Positions 1-13,535 are shown, numbered from the stretch's first letter. The stretch is DNA of 64,000 bases from Octopus vulgaris (GCA_951406725.2 OX597815.1:213404001-213468000); one strand, 5' to 3'. Notes: generated by a model from the letters alone, not told the origin. Made by a program: numbers and translations.

Positions 1-817
1 ATGGCCCTCGGGGTTCCGTGTAAAAGTTTGTCGTTAAAATTTATGTACGACAAAAGAATAATTTTACCTAGTGTGAGCAGTGTGGAGTTTAATGCAAAGT
101 GGACAACAAATTTGGAGGCTTTCTTTTGGGGGAGCCTTAGCTTCAGAACCAACCATCATGCCTGAGAAGAGGAGGAAGGTGGGATACTGCAGAACTAAGG
201 GTCACTTCTACGTTAACGTTTCTCACAGCTGATTTGAAAGTGAGGTAGACAAATTAGTATGTTTAATAAAATTAAGATGGTTTCCAATTTCTTAAAGTTG
301 TCCAATACCATGATGAAGAAAGCAGGTATGTAAGGATGCATGCCCTGTTTTATCGTCTCAATAATAAAAGGGAAGGGCAGTTTGAGAACCCCCGGTCGAC
401 GCCACATTTAAGGGACTGTATCGGAAAATGCAGTACCAGGTTTATGAATACTTCACAAAGAATATAAAACCGACTCCTGTACCGGACAGATCCATGTTTT
501 TTGTCGGTTCTGGGGGATGAAAAGTAAAGCTGACCTCGGCGGGATTTGAACAAAAAGCTTAAATGGCCAACACAATGAACTGACAGAAGGGAAAATACTA
601 ATCATATCAGTGGTTCTCAAACTTTTGTTGTTCAGTGTCCCTTATTCATCGAAGACGTTTTACAAACGAGCTCTTTGCATATTTTTTTTTATATTTCAAA
701 AAAGTTTAATAGAATCTAATTCCCTGTATTTCTGATAATTATCTCGTTCAGCGCGTGCCTCTTTTTAAATGAACTTAACCCCTCTCGCTTTCTCCCTTCA
801 GTGGCCTTCATTCAAAA

Positions 818-1430
818 CAGTGGTTCTCAACCATTTCTTTGCCTATGGACCCCTTTGATTCCTTTTTAACTAGGGTGGAGCCTCAAAGCCATTTGATGTT
901 TAAGAAGTCCTACTCTTCTACTTGTTTCAGTCATTTGACTGCGGCCATGCTGGAGCACCACCTTTAGTCGAGCAAATCGACCCCAGGACTTATTCTATCG
1001 GTCTCTTTTGCCGAACCGCTAAATTTCGGGGACTTAAACACACCAGCCTCGGTTATCAAGCGCTGTTGGGGTGGGGGTAGGGACAAACAGACACTCAAAC
1101 ATACATATATATATACATATATACGACGGGCTTCCTTCAGTTTCCGTCTACCAAATCCACTCACAAGGCTTTGGTCGGCTCGAGGCTGTAGCAGAAGACA
1201 TTTGCCCAAGGTGCCACGTAGTGGGACTGAACCGGAACCATGTGGTTACTTACCACAAGTTACTTACCACATAGCTACTCCTGCGCCTATTATATTTTTA
1301 TAATTAAATACTATTAAGAATTGCATAAAAAAAATGTTAAAATGTTTTGTGTATTGTATAAATATAACCAATTGATTGAAAATAAATTTTAACCACAAAA
1401 TCTTATATGGACCGTGATTGAGAGCCACTG
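818..1430. mobile_element. hAT/Charlie-like MITE remnant, interrupted by a SINE
   Basis: Imperfect terminal inverted repeats CAGTGGTTCTCAA (818) and TTGAGAGCCACTG (to 1430); another CAGTGGTTCTCAAAC end at ~608. Confidence 0.55.
911..1288 (-). mobile_element. tRNA-derived SINE, family A
   Basis: Reverse complement of the consensus GGCGCAGGAGTGGCTGTGTGGTAAG...GGTTCAGTCCC...CCAGCATGGCCGCAGTCAAATGACTGAAACAAG repeated many times in the window. Confidence 0.85.
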
Positions 1431-1530
1431 GTTTAGAAGCTGTTTTTGAACAATGGCGTAGTCGAAGTATGTGGCCTGCGAGTTCTAATCTTCGTTCTGT
1501 GATGATTTCGATAAGTGGTATTGTGTTAGC
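1431..1530 (-). mobile_element. RTE-like LINE fragment
   Basis: Translation IEIITERRLELAGHILR resembles the RRLxxxGHILR motif C-terminal to RTE-clade RT. Confidence 0.5.
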
Positions 1531-1535
1531 ATATA

Positions 1536-1838
1536 GGCGCAGGAGTGGATGTGTGGTAAGTAGCTTGCTTACCAACCACATGGTTCCGGGTTCAGTCTTC
1601 AAGGCGGCGAGCTGGCAGAAACGTTAGCACGCCGGGCGAAATGCTTAGCGGCATTTCGTCTGCCGCTACGTTCTGAGTTCAAATTCCGCCGAGGTCGACT
1701 TTGCTTTTCATCCTTTCGGGGTCGATTAAATAAGTACCAGTTACGCACTGGAGTCGATATAATCGACTTAATCCGTTTGTCTGTCCTTGTTTGTCCCCTC
1801 TGTGTTTAGCCCCTTGTGGGTAGTAAAGAAATAGGTAT
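1536..1838 (+). mobile_element. SINE A head (1536-1597) followed by a complete SINE family B copy (1601-1838)
   Basis: AAGGCGGCGAGCTGGCAGAAACGTTAGC...GAGTTCAAATTCC (B box)...TTTTCATCCTTTCGGGGTCGATTAAATAAGTACCAG (Meta/MESC-like central domain, inferred) and tail ...AAAGAAATAGGTAT. Confidence 0.85.
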
Positions 1839-2329
1839 GGTCTTGGCAGTACATTCTCAGAATGCTCCTCCAGCATCTTTGGTAGAGAACATTTATGCTG
1901 ATCTTCTTTTTTTTTGTTTTTGAAATTACTATAGAAGGAGAGGAGTGACACATTGGAATCGCATTGGACTTCGGGGCACCACCAATCATCTTTCTTCTGC
2001 TCACTGATCTGCTATTTATATTCTAATCCAGACAAAGATTTTTTTTTCTTCTGAAAATGTACTGAAGATTAAGTATTGCACCTAGTTGAAATATTTTATT
2101 TCTGGGAAAATACACGATGCCCTAAACATAAGGCACTCTCTTGTGGGCTCATAACCTCCAAGGCAAATTCCCTGAAAGGGAGAATGTTGTGAATATGTAT
2201 TTTTCGTATCTTTTATTCGTTATAAGATAAATAATTCTCAACATGACAAATTCATAAACAACTTGTAATAAAATTACGGTTTCTGGCCTGTTTTGGTTTA
2301 AACTTGAGTTTTCTATATTGGCTTAAAAT

Positions 2330-2540
2330 TTTGTTAGTAATTTATTTCAAATTTCTGTTTCGGGCAAGGGTGTCACCCTATAGTATTAAAATACAAAAAC
2401 AAAACAGCGTATACAAGATAATGTAGTCCTAGATACAATATGTTTGAAAAAAGACTGGATGGTCACGGCTCGAACGTCTATGAACATAGATTCTCCACTC
2501 GATCACTAGTGACCTGCTGCTAACCAAGAATAACAAATGA
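2330..2540 (+). mobile_element. Old, diverged SINE-like repeat (family D)
   Basis: Diverged motifs GATAATGTAGTCCTAGATAC...GGATGGTCACGGCT...CTAAxCAA; related copies near 4140, 5930(-), 8200, 9350(-), 24830, 30800, 42950, 43300(-), 61250. Confidence 0.5.
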
Positions 2541-3004
2541 CTAGACACGATTGCGTCGTAGGGGGCTGTCTGAGCAACATTATAAACCCCTTGGGTAAAT
2601 CAATGCATTAGGGCCTTATAGTATTTATTTATTGATAGCAAACCACAGCGTATATAGATTAGAACTGGGACCCTAAACCAATAAGGCCCACAGGCAACTG
2701 ACCAGTGTGCTCATGCCATAAGACGGTCCTGGTGTTGTAGGAATATAGAGCTGATGTGATCTTTGACAATCTGAGCTCAAATCCTGTCGAGACTGACTCT
2801 GCCTTTCAAGCCTCTGGGTTCGATTAAATTATAGACTGGTTTACAAGTATCGGAGTTCGATTAAATCGAATCGCCTATCAACAGACCAGATCACTGAAGG
2901 GGATGCTCCAGCATGGTCTTAGTCCAGTGGAGCGATAATGGTTTAGAACGAACAGCATTTCCACGAGGTTTTGAAAGAAGCCAAATGTCTGAAAACAAAT
3001 CTGT

Positions 3005-3339
3005 CAAGTAGGAGGAGGAGGAGGAGAGAGAGAGAGAGAGGCAGAAGGGGAAAAGAAAAAGACAGGGAGAGAGGGAAAAAGAGACAGAGAAAAAGAGGGG
3101 GCAAGGGAAAAGAGAAAGGGAAGAAGAAAGATGAGAGAGAGAGAGAGACAGAGTAAGAGAGGAAAAGCGAGGGGAGAGAGAAAGTGTGTGTGAGAGATGG
3201 GGGAGAAGGAAGAAAAAGAGACAGAAAGGGAGGGGGAAAAGATAGCGGGAAGAGGAAAGGAGAAAGAGAGAAACAAAGAGAGAAAGAAAATGAAAGGAAG
3301 AGAAGGGAGAATGAAAGCGTGTGTGTGTGTGTGTATGAG

Positions 3340-3381
<42 letters not shown>
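3005..3381. repeat. Polypurine (GA-rich) low-complexity tract with (GT)n/(GA)n
   Basis: Almost exclusively G/A on the + strand. Confidence 0.9.
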
Positions 3382-3383
<2 letters not shown>

Positions 3384-3839
3384 GACGTTGATCAGAGTAG
3401 CAGACATACCAGCACTGGAATGGAATGACTAATAAGAGAGACACTCATGTCACGAACGACACAAGTGTGTGTGTGTGTGTGTGTGTACCTGTGGTTGATG
3501 CTAAATATTACCCGTAATATACACGTTAACACTATCCTTAGCCATTCTGTGCCTATTTTGAGAGCAGGAATACAAAATAATACCCAAGCTGCGAACCAAT
3601 AACAACAGTTCGCCCCCTACTAGAAATAACAGCTAAAATCAGTCTCATCCCTCACTCCCTTGTCTTTTAACAACGACGGCAAAGTATTTATAAGATACTC
3701 TTTAAAAAACAAAAACGAACAAACAAACTAAAATAGCCAGAATGGTTGGGGTTAGAATGATAAGTGCAGGAACGAAATCCCCTTAGGAGATGCAAACAGT
3801 TCTTCAGGAGGATGTTCAAAGCGTTTTCATTGCACCCCG

Positions 3840-3892
<53 letters not shown>

Positions 3893-4050
3893 GAATTAGA
3901 AGGTACGCTTGCACCCCCCCTGATCTCGAACCTGGGAATGCATCAATGAAGATCTGATTTGAGATTAAAACAACACCAAAAATTTAGCAGCAATATTAGT
4001 AATAAGTCCTGCTAGGCCTAAAAAAGTAAAAAATATAAAGAAATAGCTTC

Positions 4051-4102
<52 letters not shown>

Positions 4103-4466
4103 CTGGTTTACAAGGGACCAATGAGAGAGCGCCGACGTAGTAGTTTGATTTGCTAGAAATAGCAACCAAATTTCTCCCGAAATCCATAAAATAATACACT
4201 CCAGTCTTCAAGCCGGAAGGACACGTTTGATAATGTACATCACATCTGGGTGATAAAGTCCTGCTTACTACTTTCTTTGATTAAAGGCTTGGTTTATACA
4301 AAATTAAAGCCAATAACATCATAGAGTAGTAGTAGTAGTAGTAGTAGTAGCAGCAGCGGTGGTGGTTTGTAGCAACAACAGAATGTTCTGCTGGATGACA
4401 ACAAAAGCAAAGCCACAAGATTTCTGTCACGTACGCTATGCGCGCGGGCGCACACACACACACACG

Positions 4467-4839
4467 TATGTATGTATGTATGTATGTATGTATGTATGTA
4501 TGTATGTATGTATGTATGTATGTATGTATGTATGTATGTATGTATGTATGTGTGTATGTATGTATGTATGTATGTGTGTATGTATGTGTGTATGTATGTA
4601 TGTATGTGTGTATGTATGTGTGTATGTATGTATGAATGTATGTATGTAGGTATGTATGTATGTATGTGTGTATGTATGTGTGTATGTATGTATGTATGTG
4701 TGTATGTATGATGTATGTATGTATGTGTGTATGTATGTGTGTATGTATGTGTGTATGTATGTATGTATGTATGTATGTGTATGTATGTATGTATGTATGT
4801 ATGTATGTATGTATGTATGTATGTATGTATGTATGTATG

Positions 4840-4886
<47 letters not shown>
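4467..4886. repeat. (TATG)n microsatellite
   Basis: Direct inspection. Confidence 0.97.
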
Positions 4887-4888
<2 letters not shown>

Positions 4889-5149
4889 TACATGTCAAGG
4901 AAGAGTTAAAACGCAAAAAAAACCCCACCAAAAAAAAAAAAAATTTGAAAAATATATAGCTAAAAAAGCCAGCAGAGATATCAATCAATTTCTATACAAC
5001 CAAGATGTAAACAAAAACATTGAGGCGTGTTGCCTGTCGGGAGGCAGAATGGGACAGACTTGGAGTGAGAGAAAAGTGGAATAGAAATATGTTACTCGCA
5101 ATCTGCACACAAACTGAAGACACAAGCAGAAAGCAGTTCGAGGCACACA

Positions 5150-5340
5150 CATATATATATATATAATATATATAATATAATATATATAATATAATATATA
5201 TAATATAATATATATAATATAATATATATAATATAATATATATAATATATATATATATATAATATAATATATATAATATAATATATATAATATAATATAT
5301 ATAATATAATATATATGATATATATATAATATGTATATAT
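5150..5340. repeat. (TA)n/(ATATA)n microsatellite
   Basis: Direct inspection. Confidence 0.95.
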
Positions 5341-5588
5341 TTATACAAACACATATTGATTGCTACTTTTTTTCAGCCAGGCTGTTCGCTAAGCATTTCT
5401 TTATCGAGGTTTTCGTAGACTCCTGCCTCAGGGTGGATATTTTAAAGAATTAATTTACCTTTTAGTCGGGGGGTGGGTCGGGTGGGGTGGTTAGGCATCC
5501 TCAAATGGAAGAAGACCTAACCCGAACTCTTTTGCAATAGAGTGGATTCCGTTAAAGGCTGTCAAAGGCCAGGTGGATAGGGTTATAT

Positions 5589-5738
5589 CAGACATGGGTA
5601 AACTGCGGCCCGCGGAACTCTCTTAATGGCACAGCCAACGAAAAACTACCTTGAATTTTTTTAGTAGTACAGCCCGCCTAATGATGACCCCCACGTCTCA
5701 TGCAGCCTGCTTCTCGAGGAAGGCTGCACATGCCTCTG
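5589..5738. mobile_element. hAT-type MITE remnant
   Basis: Left end CAGACATGGGTAAACTGCGGCCCGCGG with a degenerate inverted right end AGGCTGCACATGCCTCTG. Confidence 0.45.
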
Positions 5739-8700
5739 TTCAACTGCACGATGCAGTAAGTCTACCACCCATGCAGGGCACGGCAACACACTAAATCATG
5801 TTGTTGTTGTTGATGTACAGAAATTCTATCAAGGCCCATCTAGTTTTAACCAGTCTGTTTTTATATATATATATATATATATTTAATGTATCTTAAGAAA
5901 AAAAAGGGGGATTCTCAGAAGGTAGGGTGTGATTTGACTGCTATTTCTAGTTGGTCGACCAAATGCGGAGAGGTTCCTTCATTGCCTTGTTTGCTGCACA
6001 TATTTCCAGAACAATCAGGTAGTTTAATATAAATAAAATATAAATATATTCTTTTCTTTAAAGAATTATAACACACACACACACACACACACACGATACG
6101 TAGGAACTGAAGAAACCCTAATTAGGTGGATTTAGATAAATTTAGAATTGCGATTTTAAAATGTGCCTAATTTCTTTTATACTCATACAAACATATGTTT
6201 GTGTACAAATATATAAGTCGAAACTAATCCAGTGGAACCCAGTTAAAGCTGATGTTATATGAACCATAGAGGAAGATAAGTTCAACGTTGCTAGAAATAG
6301 CAGTTAAAATTCTCTCTAAACACATTTACTGTCCAAACTAAAAGGGATGCGTTAAAATATGGAGACTTATGTAAAAAAATAAAAACACGGGGAGGAAGTA
6401 AAACCACAACAACACTAATCGATGCTAGTACAGGCGATAATAACAACAGTAGTTTTTCAAGTAGGGCAATTGTTGCAGCGCTTCGGGGCTCAACAAATAA
6501 CACACCTTTTGGCTGAGACAAGAAATATGTTGTTTACTGAGAGATAGCCTCATAAACAACAGGAAAACGTAATAACAAAGATTAGATTAGGTTTATTAAT
6601 AAAACAACAAAAGAAGAAAAGAATTAGTCAACAAATCCTAAAATAATACAGGCGAGTTATACATTTGTGTGTGTGTGTGTGTGTGTAAACAGGTAAATTT
6701 GTTGTGGTAATCAGTTTGTAACGATTTCGCTGTAGAAAGTAAACACATGGAAATGTAGGCTTTTCTCTCTCTCTCTACACACCTCAATAATTATAGGCTA
6801 TTTTACATTTTACGTATTTACAATCTGTCTCCTGTTTGTAAACGTACCTGTACGTGTGTGTGTGTGTCTGTGTGTGTGTATACATACACACAGATATCTA
6901 TACACACGCATTTGTAATGGTTCATATTTTTATATATTAAACTCTAGAATGTCGGACAAAATATGATTTTCAGTTTCTAGACGGTTCTTTACGTGGCGAT
7001 TTCAAAACCCGGAAAAGACAGGCTCTGCTGTTCTTCTTTCCAGGATCGAAAAGGCAAAGAAATCCTCCAGACCAGTTCTGAGGGGTTGGTTTGTTGTCGT
7101 CTTCTTGCAGACCGTGTTTACTTCTGTTTGCTGCAGTTCTATAATTCCTCGCCTGTTGTCTTAACCGAGGAGAGCAGGTTTCATCTAGGAGTATTTTCAG
7201 CTTGTTGACTCCCTAATTTTCGGATTGGTGCAACACCAACCTGCCCGAATGAGTCTATTAGAGATTTAAAGTGTTGAAATCGAAATTTAAATCTTGGACA
7301 GAAATTCCATTATTTTATGGAAGATAAAAGAAGGTAACACATTTAGGTTTTTTTACTGTTTAAATATGTGGTCAGTTTGTGTAAAAATATACGTAGATTG
7401 TAATAATTATTACCAAGTTGAATGTTGAGGCTATTTCGACAATTAAAACAGAAAAGTCAGATGTACTCTTAGAAATACGCTCATAAAAAGGCGTGGTCTT
7501 GTGCCAAAGTTAGGAATCAATATGTCTACAGAAAATGGGGCAGACAAGGACTGGAGAAGAAGAAGGAAACGCATTTGAGATAAACAAACATTAATGTGGA
7601 CTTGTTTATGGTGAATACTGACTGGAAAATCAATTGTGTTTATGAAAATTAAACACAAATGCGATAGAAAGAAAGAAGGAGAGAGAGAGAGAGAAATGCT
7701 TTTGTCTGTTTATGTTTTTTGTTGCAACAAAATATTAATTTTATTGCGAATACAATGAAGTGAACAGCTACGGATATCCAGACATTTCTGGTGAAATCTG
7801 CCTCAATTATTTATTATACTAGAGGCGAGGAAGGATAGGTGTAGTTGCAGGAGACATACGTAAACATACAAGTATACAAGATACGAGTGCAAACCTATTT
7901 AAGTGAACCATCATACCATATATAAATGTATTAAGGAGGCTCCACCCATGGGGTAGAAAGGCGGTTGTACATTGCATAGTTAACAACAGCAGCAACCAAT
8001 TTCTAGGATACGCAATAGAAGAATTGCATGAGAGAAAGCAAGTTAGCAGTGACAATTTGGCCATCAGGAAATTTTAATGAAACAACCAGAACTGCTGGAC
8101 AAGAATATAATCTGCTTTTTTTTTTTTTTTAAAGAAGAGAGGCTAGCTTATGTATTATTAGTATTATAGCATGTATGCCTGGATGTTGTTTAGCTGAAAT
8201 GACTGCAACATGGCTGGCACGAAAGGAGAGGAGTCAAGAGAGGTTTTAAGATATTTGACACTTTAACAATGGAATTCGGTGTTGGGTTGCATGCACAAAG
8301 GAAAACATAGGTGACGGTCACGACTAAAACGTCTTTGATCATCATAGCGCTATTCGATCAGGACTGGCCGAGGGCTAAACAACACAGACAACAACTTTGA
8401 CAATGAAAGATTATATTTCCTATTCGGTGTGCGTAAAAACAAACCCATCAAACTTGTGTTTTCTCTTTTCTTCTTACAAGATTTATGACATTTATTTCTA
8501 GAATAATATGTGCCATAGTAACAGCCATAGTAACTGTTGTTCGTTGTAATCTATCAACATTAAAACTATTTAGCTTTCGAATGGTTTTCTTTATAAAATT
8601 TTTATTACTCTTCGGGCTTTCTGTCACCTTTTTCAATGAGGGTGATTAATAAGCGGGTGGAAAAACTGACACATTGACACTGCTCGTATGTAAACACACA

Positions 8701-8838
8701 CACACACACACAACAGAGAGAGTGTGTGTGTGTGTGAAAGAGAGAGAGAAAGAGAGAGGGGGAGAGAGAGAGAGAGCTGGTGGTATCAGCCTTGCTCGTT
8801 ACATTTCACATAATCTACTGTCTGTCTGTATGTGTGTG

Positions 8839-8906
<68 letters not shown>

Positions 8907-9022
8907 TATACATACATATATATGCATTATGTAGGTAGGTATATGTATATATATATATATATACACACACACAATATATATACCTATACCAACCTATTTA
9001 TCTACATACATACATAACAGTT

Positions 9023-9072
<50 letters not shown>

Positions 9073-9170
9073 TTAGTGAGGAAGATTAATCGATTGCATC
9101 GATTCGGTGTGTTTATCTTTGTTGCTAATTATTAATAAGAACCATTGTTGAGGGAAAACAACAGCAGAAC

Positions 9171-9252
9171 CTCATCGATGTCTGGCAACGATAATAATAA
9201 ACAGAAGAGTATCCGAGGTGAAGAGCATCCTTGGCTGTTGTTCTGCTCCACA
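9171..9252 (-). CDS. Candidate internal exon of the minus-strand gene (82 nt)
   Basis: Acceptor ttttattgttttttcggtatcAG, donor GAG|GTTCTG; open in phase with exon 1 (VWSRTTAKDALHLGYSSVYYYRCQTSM); no recognisable homology. Confidence 0.25.
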
Positions 9253-9540
9253 CTGATACCGAAAAAACAATAAAATTGTAAAGACACAAGCAGATGTGTA
9301 ATGAAAGGCGCTCTAGCCTTGACAACCCATTTAGACAGGATGCGTCTGGGACTACATAATCCATTGCATCATTTCTAGTGGAGGGTAGGCAGGGTGGGAT
9401 TTGAGTTTTGGCTGTTATTTGTTGCAGATCGAGCGAATGTAGTTGGATCTGTTTGAAATGCAGCCAAACTCCCTCAACCAGATTCTATCGCGCCTTAAAA
9501 ACAATATTGGATAACAATATTCTTGTAACAAAAGGAAAAA

Positions 9541-9584
<44 letters not shown>

Positions 9585-9793
9585 GTTACGGCAAGAGTGT
9601 CTATCATTATAGGTCTGCTCGATAAGGACTGTCTCGGGGTTAAACAACAAAAACAAATGATGATATAGACATTGACTGGCAAGAAATAAAGACAGAAAAC
9701 ACACACAACTGAAATAATGACAACAACAACAACACAGCTGTAGCAGCAAAGACTGAACGAATTAAACAGACATATCAATGAAATAAATAAACA

Positions 9794-9830
<37 letters not shown>

Positions 9831-10444
9831 CATGTAAACGTTAAAAAAAGAAGGAAAGAATTTGAATTAACTGAAACAATGTAATTAGTTTAGGTGGTAA
9901 AAATTATAGTTCTAAACAATAAACATGTCTTTTATTCTTGTTGATATATGTATATGTCCTGATCATGCTGACACACCAGCCTCGACTCTCGCGTCGTAAT
10001 TCGTTCAACATTGTGTGACTAGAAATTAACATTATCCACCCGTATCTACCCGTCCCCTTTTTTAAAGACGTTAGGGTAGGATCTGAAAGCGATTTTGTCG
10101 CTGTTTTTCGGAGATCGACCCAAAAGTGGTTCACCTCGACTTGTTTTTTTGTTATTCGAAGTAACAGCTTTTCTTTCCCATGTTTCTCTCTGCTGACTGA
10201 CCCATGTTTTTTGTTTCCTTCCTTAAAACATGAAAACATTAATGTCTGTCTGTCTGTCAACGAAGAAGACCCATCATCAATAATACTGTTTATAGCCCTT
10301 TTTTTTTTATCCCCCGTCTTGTTTTGCTAATAAACCACCGAACCTTGCATCATTCATAAATAAGGATCTGGGGTGGCGGGAAAATGGCTCAGACCTTAAT
10401 TTATCCTATTTTAAAGGAATGGAGACAAACCCTATTCCACTTAC

Positions 10445-10487
10445 CGGTTAGATCGTCATCCAATTCAGAAAACTGATTATCTGCCAT
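10445..10487 (-). CDS. First coding exon of an unidentified host gene (MADNQFSELDDDLT, phase-1 intron follows)
   Basis: Strong Kozak context GCCACGATGG, 14 codons plus 1 nt, consensus donor G|GTAAGT (10439-10444); preceded by a repeat-free CpG-containing 5'UTR-like stretch. Confidence 0.65.
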
Positions 10488-11044
10488 CGTGGCGATTCTT
10501 TTCGCTTCTTTCGCAGTTGTTGATTATTTCTTGCTTCTTCTTTTTCCACTTTTCTGGATTTTTCGTTTCTCACTTTTTTTGTTGACAAGTTTTAAATCAA
10601 TTTCGTTAATTAAAACCTCTTCTCAATTTAATTGCGTAATATTTTTTTTTTTGCTCCGTTTTTATATTTTCCACCTGAATTTTTCTTCAGCTTTTTTTTT
10701 CTTTAAAGAAATCAGCGAAATAATGAAATAAATGTGAAATTGTTAGAGAGAGAAGATGTCTATGTCAGCCGCGGTTCGTCTTTCTCTCTGAAATCTCGTT
10801 GCTTCAGCCGCAACTTGGCTTCCCAAACTGCAATTAACGATCACGTTGCTAATATTATTAATGACTTACAAGATAAACGACGATAATCACAGTCGCAGTA
10901 TCAAACAAATCTGCTTTGCGAGAGGAAGCAGGAAGGACAAGTCCACCGAGTCACGACACTTTGTTGATGTTTTCCGAGTCTAAAGCTTCTTCTTCTTCTT
11001 CGTCTTCTTCTTCTTCAATAGATTGCTGATGACGATGGTGGTGA

Positions 11045-11095
11045 TGGTGATGACGTAGTCGGTCACATGACCTCTTTGGCGGACGACGATTGGAT
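11045..11095 (-). promoter_or_regulatory. Proximal promoter cluster: CCAAT box, M-box/E-box, CRE-like site
   Basis: ATTGG 11089-11093; near-palindromic GGTCACATGACC 11061-11072; TGACGTA 11051-11057; ~570 bp upstream of the ATG at 10487. Confidence 0.55.
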
Positions 11096-13203
11096 AAAAA
11101 CCAAATCAAAGTGATTTGTTGGATTGTTTTTAACCATAATAAACAATGTTGGGGAGGAAAGAAGACAATTCTGTTTTGTTTATCTCCATCAGAATTATTT
11201 GTGTTATTATTATTATTGCTATCATGATCCCCACTACTGATAGCATTATATGTCAAGGTAACATAGGTATAACAATGTAAACGGCCAGTTTTCATAAAAA
11301 TAACGTTGTAAACACTCTGTCATGTTTACACTAAAGTACTCAATGCTAAAAATGAAGTCGATTTCATTTTAGTAGAATCTCAGGCGATGTGAGAGAACCT
11401 TTATTTATTTGATCACTCTACAGAGTAAAAATAGCCAAACCTTCCTTAAGTCACACTACCGTTTTAAAACTGGATGGCGACTTAGAATAATATAGTCCGT
11501 GGTACAGTGGGTCTTTTTTTTTATTAAGTCTTAGGTGCTTTTTTTTATCATATATATATATATATATATCAATAATTAAGGGTGAAATCAATTGATTATT
11601 AATTAATTTCACCAAGTAGTGTTCAGTATGTAAAAGGACCATTCAAGGCTTATTCAAAATATTACGTTATGTAATTAGGGCTCAGTAAAATAATTTACTT
11701 TGCCACATACTGAAATTTTTAGAAATAGCAGCCAAAAAGTTTATATATATATATAAAGACCCCATCTCTTTCCAGCAAAACTGTTGACAGAGTTAGGAAA
11801 CGGTGATCATAGTACGTTCGATAAGGGCCGAATTGCGGGTAAGCAGTAATTGAATCCCTTGTGGTTCTTAGATGTCATTTTACGCTTTGATTTCGCACGC
11901 AATTGTGGTGGTAAATTTTTCTACCGTACCTGGGCGATTAAAAAACTCTTCCAGTGATTTACTGAAACCAATTAAATCTAGAATATCTCACCTTTTACAT
12001 GGAAGAAATTATTTTCATAATTTTTTTTTTCTCCTTTAGATAAAAACATTGATTTTTGTCCTGACTTTACACTGGATTTTTGCTATTTTTGTGAGAAGTA
12101 ATATTTAAAAAAACCTAAGTGAAACATTAATAGTATTCTTTTCTTTTTTTCTAATCAATCTTTTGTCTGATTTCACATTCATTCATTTATTAAAAATAAG
12201 GCAAAATAAAATGTAGCCAGTGAAGATTTGTAAGAATTACCTCCCTGAAAATGTTTTAATGCCAGATAGAGAAACAAACACACGTGGCATTTCCTAAGGT
12301 AGCAATAACCATGGATTATAGATTTTTTTTTAATTGCTAAACTGAGGTAAATCAACTAAATATATCTTTCCTACATTGTGCACAGTAAAATTACATAACC
12401 CTGATTTTTGTTTTGTGCACATTTGATTCTTGTCGGACGACGCTGACAGCCTTTCTAAGCTTTCCTGTGATTATATCATATCATATAAATAGACAGACGT
12501 AGGTAAGTGTGTGTGTGTGATGTTTGAGGTGATTACAAAATGGCTCATTGAGACCATTGGCGAGAAGGTAAATGGCCTGTTGAGAAAAAAGGACAGTTAA
12601 GAACGCTTTGTTTGTGCAACTGGACATTTCTACAGTTTCCAATGAACCCACGTACTATCATCGTATTACTATAATTGCGTCATTCGACATTCTGAGTTCA
12701 AATACCATCTGGATCGACTTTATCATTCTTCTCTTTTGGGATCGATATCGATAAAATAATTCCAACAATACACTTCGAGTCGATTTAATGATCTAAACTT
12801 TTTCACTATCAATTTTTTTTTTTTTACCAATTTAAAAATATTTTTTCAAAATCCATCGCGGTATTTAGCTACGTCCCTTCACGTTCAGAGTTCAAATTCA
12901 ATCGGGTTAGATTTCTTTTTTTCACTTTATCCTTTTCGTATTGATAAATTAAACTAACAGTTAAAAGTACTATAATCGATTAGGTCATCCTCTAAAATGT
13001 GTGGTCTGGGGGCTCTGTTGGAAATGATAATTATTGTAGACAATAATGACAGAACATATTCAACCAAATTGCATCCAAACAACAAAAAATAATGACCGTG
13101 GCTCACAAGTGGATCACTGAAATGGCTGGGTCTCAGGTTTTTTTCTTAATAAAATCTCAATTTCATGTATTCGTGAACATTCGAGCAGTTAGTTGATGAC
13201 TAT

Positions 13204-13204
<1 letters not shown>

Positions 13205-13278
<74 letters not shown>
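13205..13278. repeat. (GA)n microsatellite
   Basis: Direct inspection. Confidence 0.97.
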
Positions 13279-13283
<5 letters not shown>

Positions 13284-13357
13284 GTGTCATGATTTAATTT
13301 TTACTTTTACGCAAGCATTTACTATTGATAGAAATAGGAGTAGGATACGCGGGATAT

Positions 13358-13535
13358 AGTCGTGTGACTGTGGCCATGCTGGGGCACTACCTTGAAGAAT
13401 TTTTAGTCGAATGAATCGACCCTAGTACTTTTTTTTAAAAGCCTGGTACTTATTCTTTCGGTCTCTTTGCCGAACCGCTAAGTTACAGGGACGCAAACAC
13501 ACTAACACCGGTTGTTAAGTGGTGGTGGGGGACAA
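13358..13535 (-). mobile_element. SINE family A, 3' part
   Basis: Matches the family A tail, closely similar to 16490-16660. Confidence 0.8.

Noticed and set aside
2943-3444. Arg/Glu/Lys-rich and Leu/Ser-rich ORFs
   Set aside because: Polypurine low-complexity tract; no splice or domain evidence
4281-5084. Long ORFs of YIHT/MYVC repeats (also 34.2-34.6, 45.1-45.6, 51.6-52.1 and 61.5-62.1 kb)
   Set aside because: They are translations of (TATG)n microsatellites, which lack stop codons in any frame
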